Assembly (NCBI RefSeq): GCF_002105155.1
Contig: NW_019029011.1
Coordinates: forward strand, 62,001-126,000
Length of the DNA stretch: 64,000 bases
Reading direction: 5' to 3'
Origin: Lobosporangium transversale
Taxonomy: Eukaryota
The position numbers and the translations under genes are program-made. The notes under the pieces were generated by a model. The model had not been told where the DNA came from, made no database searches, and saw only the letters and a list, made by a program, of their open reading frames with translations. This document shows positions 63,701 to 64,000 of the stretch, piece after piece (position 1 is the first letter of the stretch; each line of letters starts with the position of its first letter).

Positions 63701-64000
63701 TTATTTTTTTTACGTCAACATGCACACTCTAACAAAGCTTATTCAGAATGTGATCAAGAATCTTCCAGGTCATTCACATACCGTCAAGTTGTGTTGTCTC
63801 ATGCAATTCGCAGAGTCGGAGAGGAAGCCACTGCCGTGGCTCATACAGGCTTGTTTTCTTAGCCTTGACAATAACTAGCATAGTGTTAAACAGGAAGCAT
63901 CCATAATACTTGAGTCGGATCGGTATATCAGGCGTAATAACATATTCGAGCGCCCCAGCAAGCACAATGGAGCCTAGAGTTGCAGCAAAGGCTTTTGTCA
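60758..64000 (-). CDS. 3' part of a PH-domain protein (likely DH-PH RhoGEF) with a long disordered tail; 5' end outside the window
   Basis: LGSIVLAGALEY...KYYGCFLFNTMLVIVKAKK..YEPRQWLPL...DFGASNARERDTWVNTL is PH-like; introns near 63666-63778 and 62368-62431. No DH domain is visible in the window, so RhoGEF is inferred. Confidence 0.7.

Overview
Intron-containing eukaryotic DNA with GT-AG introns, long poly-A/T runs and expanded F-box/LRR genes. It most resembles an early-diverging fungus of the Mortierellaceae type (inference from gene content and protein style). Recognisable genes: F-box/LRR proteins (one partial, two complete, one relic), urease accessory UreD, COG6, a compact BRCA1/BARD1-like RING-BRCT gene, CCT4, an MTC6-like membrane protein, a TKL-type protein kinase, an At4g15545/NAIP-like coiled-coil protein, two head-to-head mitochondrial PPR genes, ATG2 and the 3' part of a PH-domain (probably RhoGEF) gene, plus several unknown genes. 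The intergenic DNA holds decayed coding relics that the ORF track misses. The most striking lies at about 19058-20926 on the minus strand. It reads as one broken reading frame that starts with FEN1/XPG (PIN-fold) 5'-nuclease motifs and ends with the RuvC-II / zinc-finger / RuvC-III motifs of TnpB/Fanzor RNA-guided nucleases. This makes it a candidate XPG-Fanzor fusion element, inactive in this copy. All translations were done by eye and no database searches were run.
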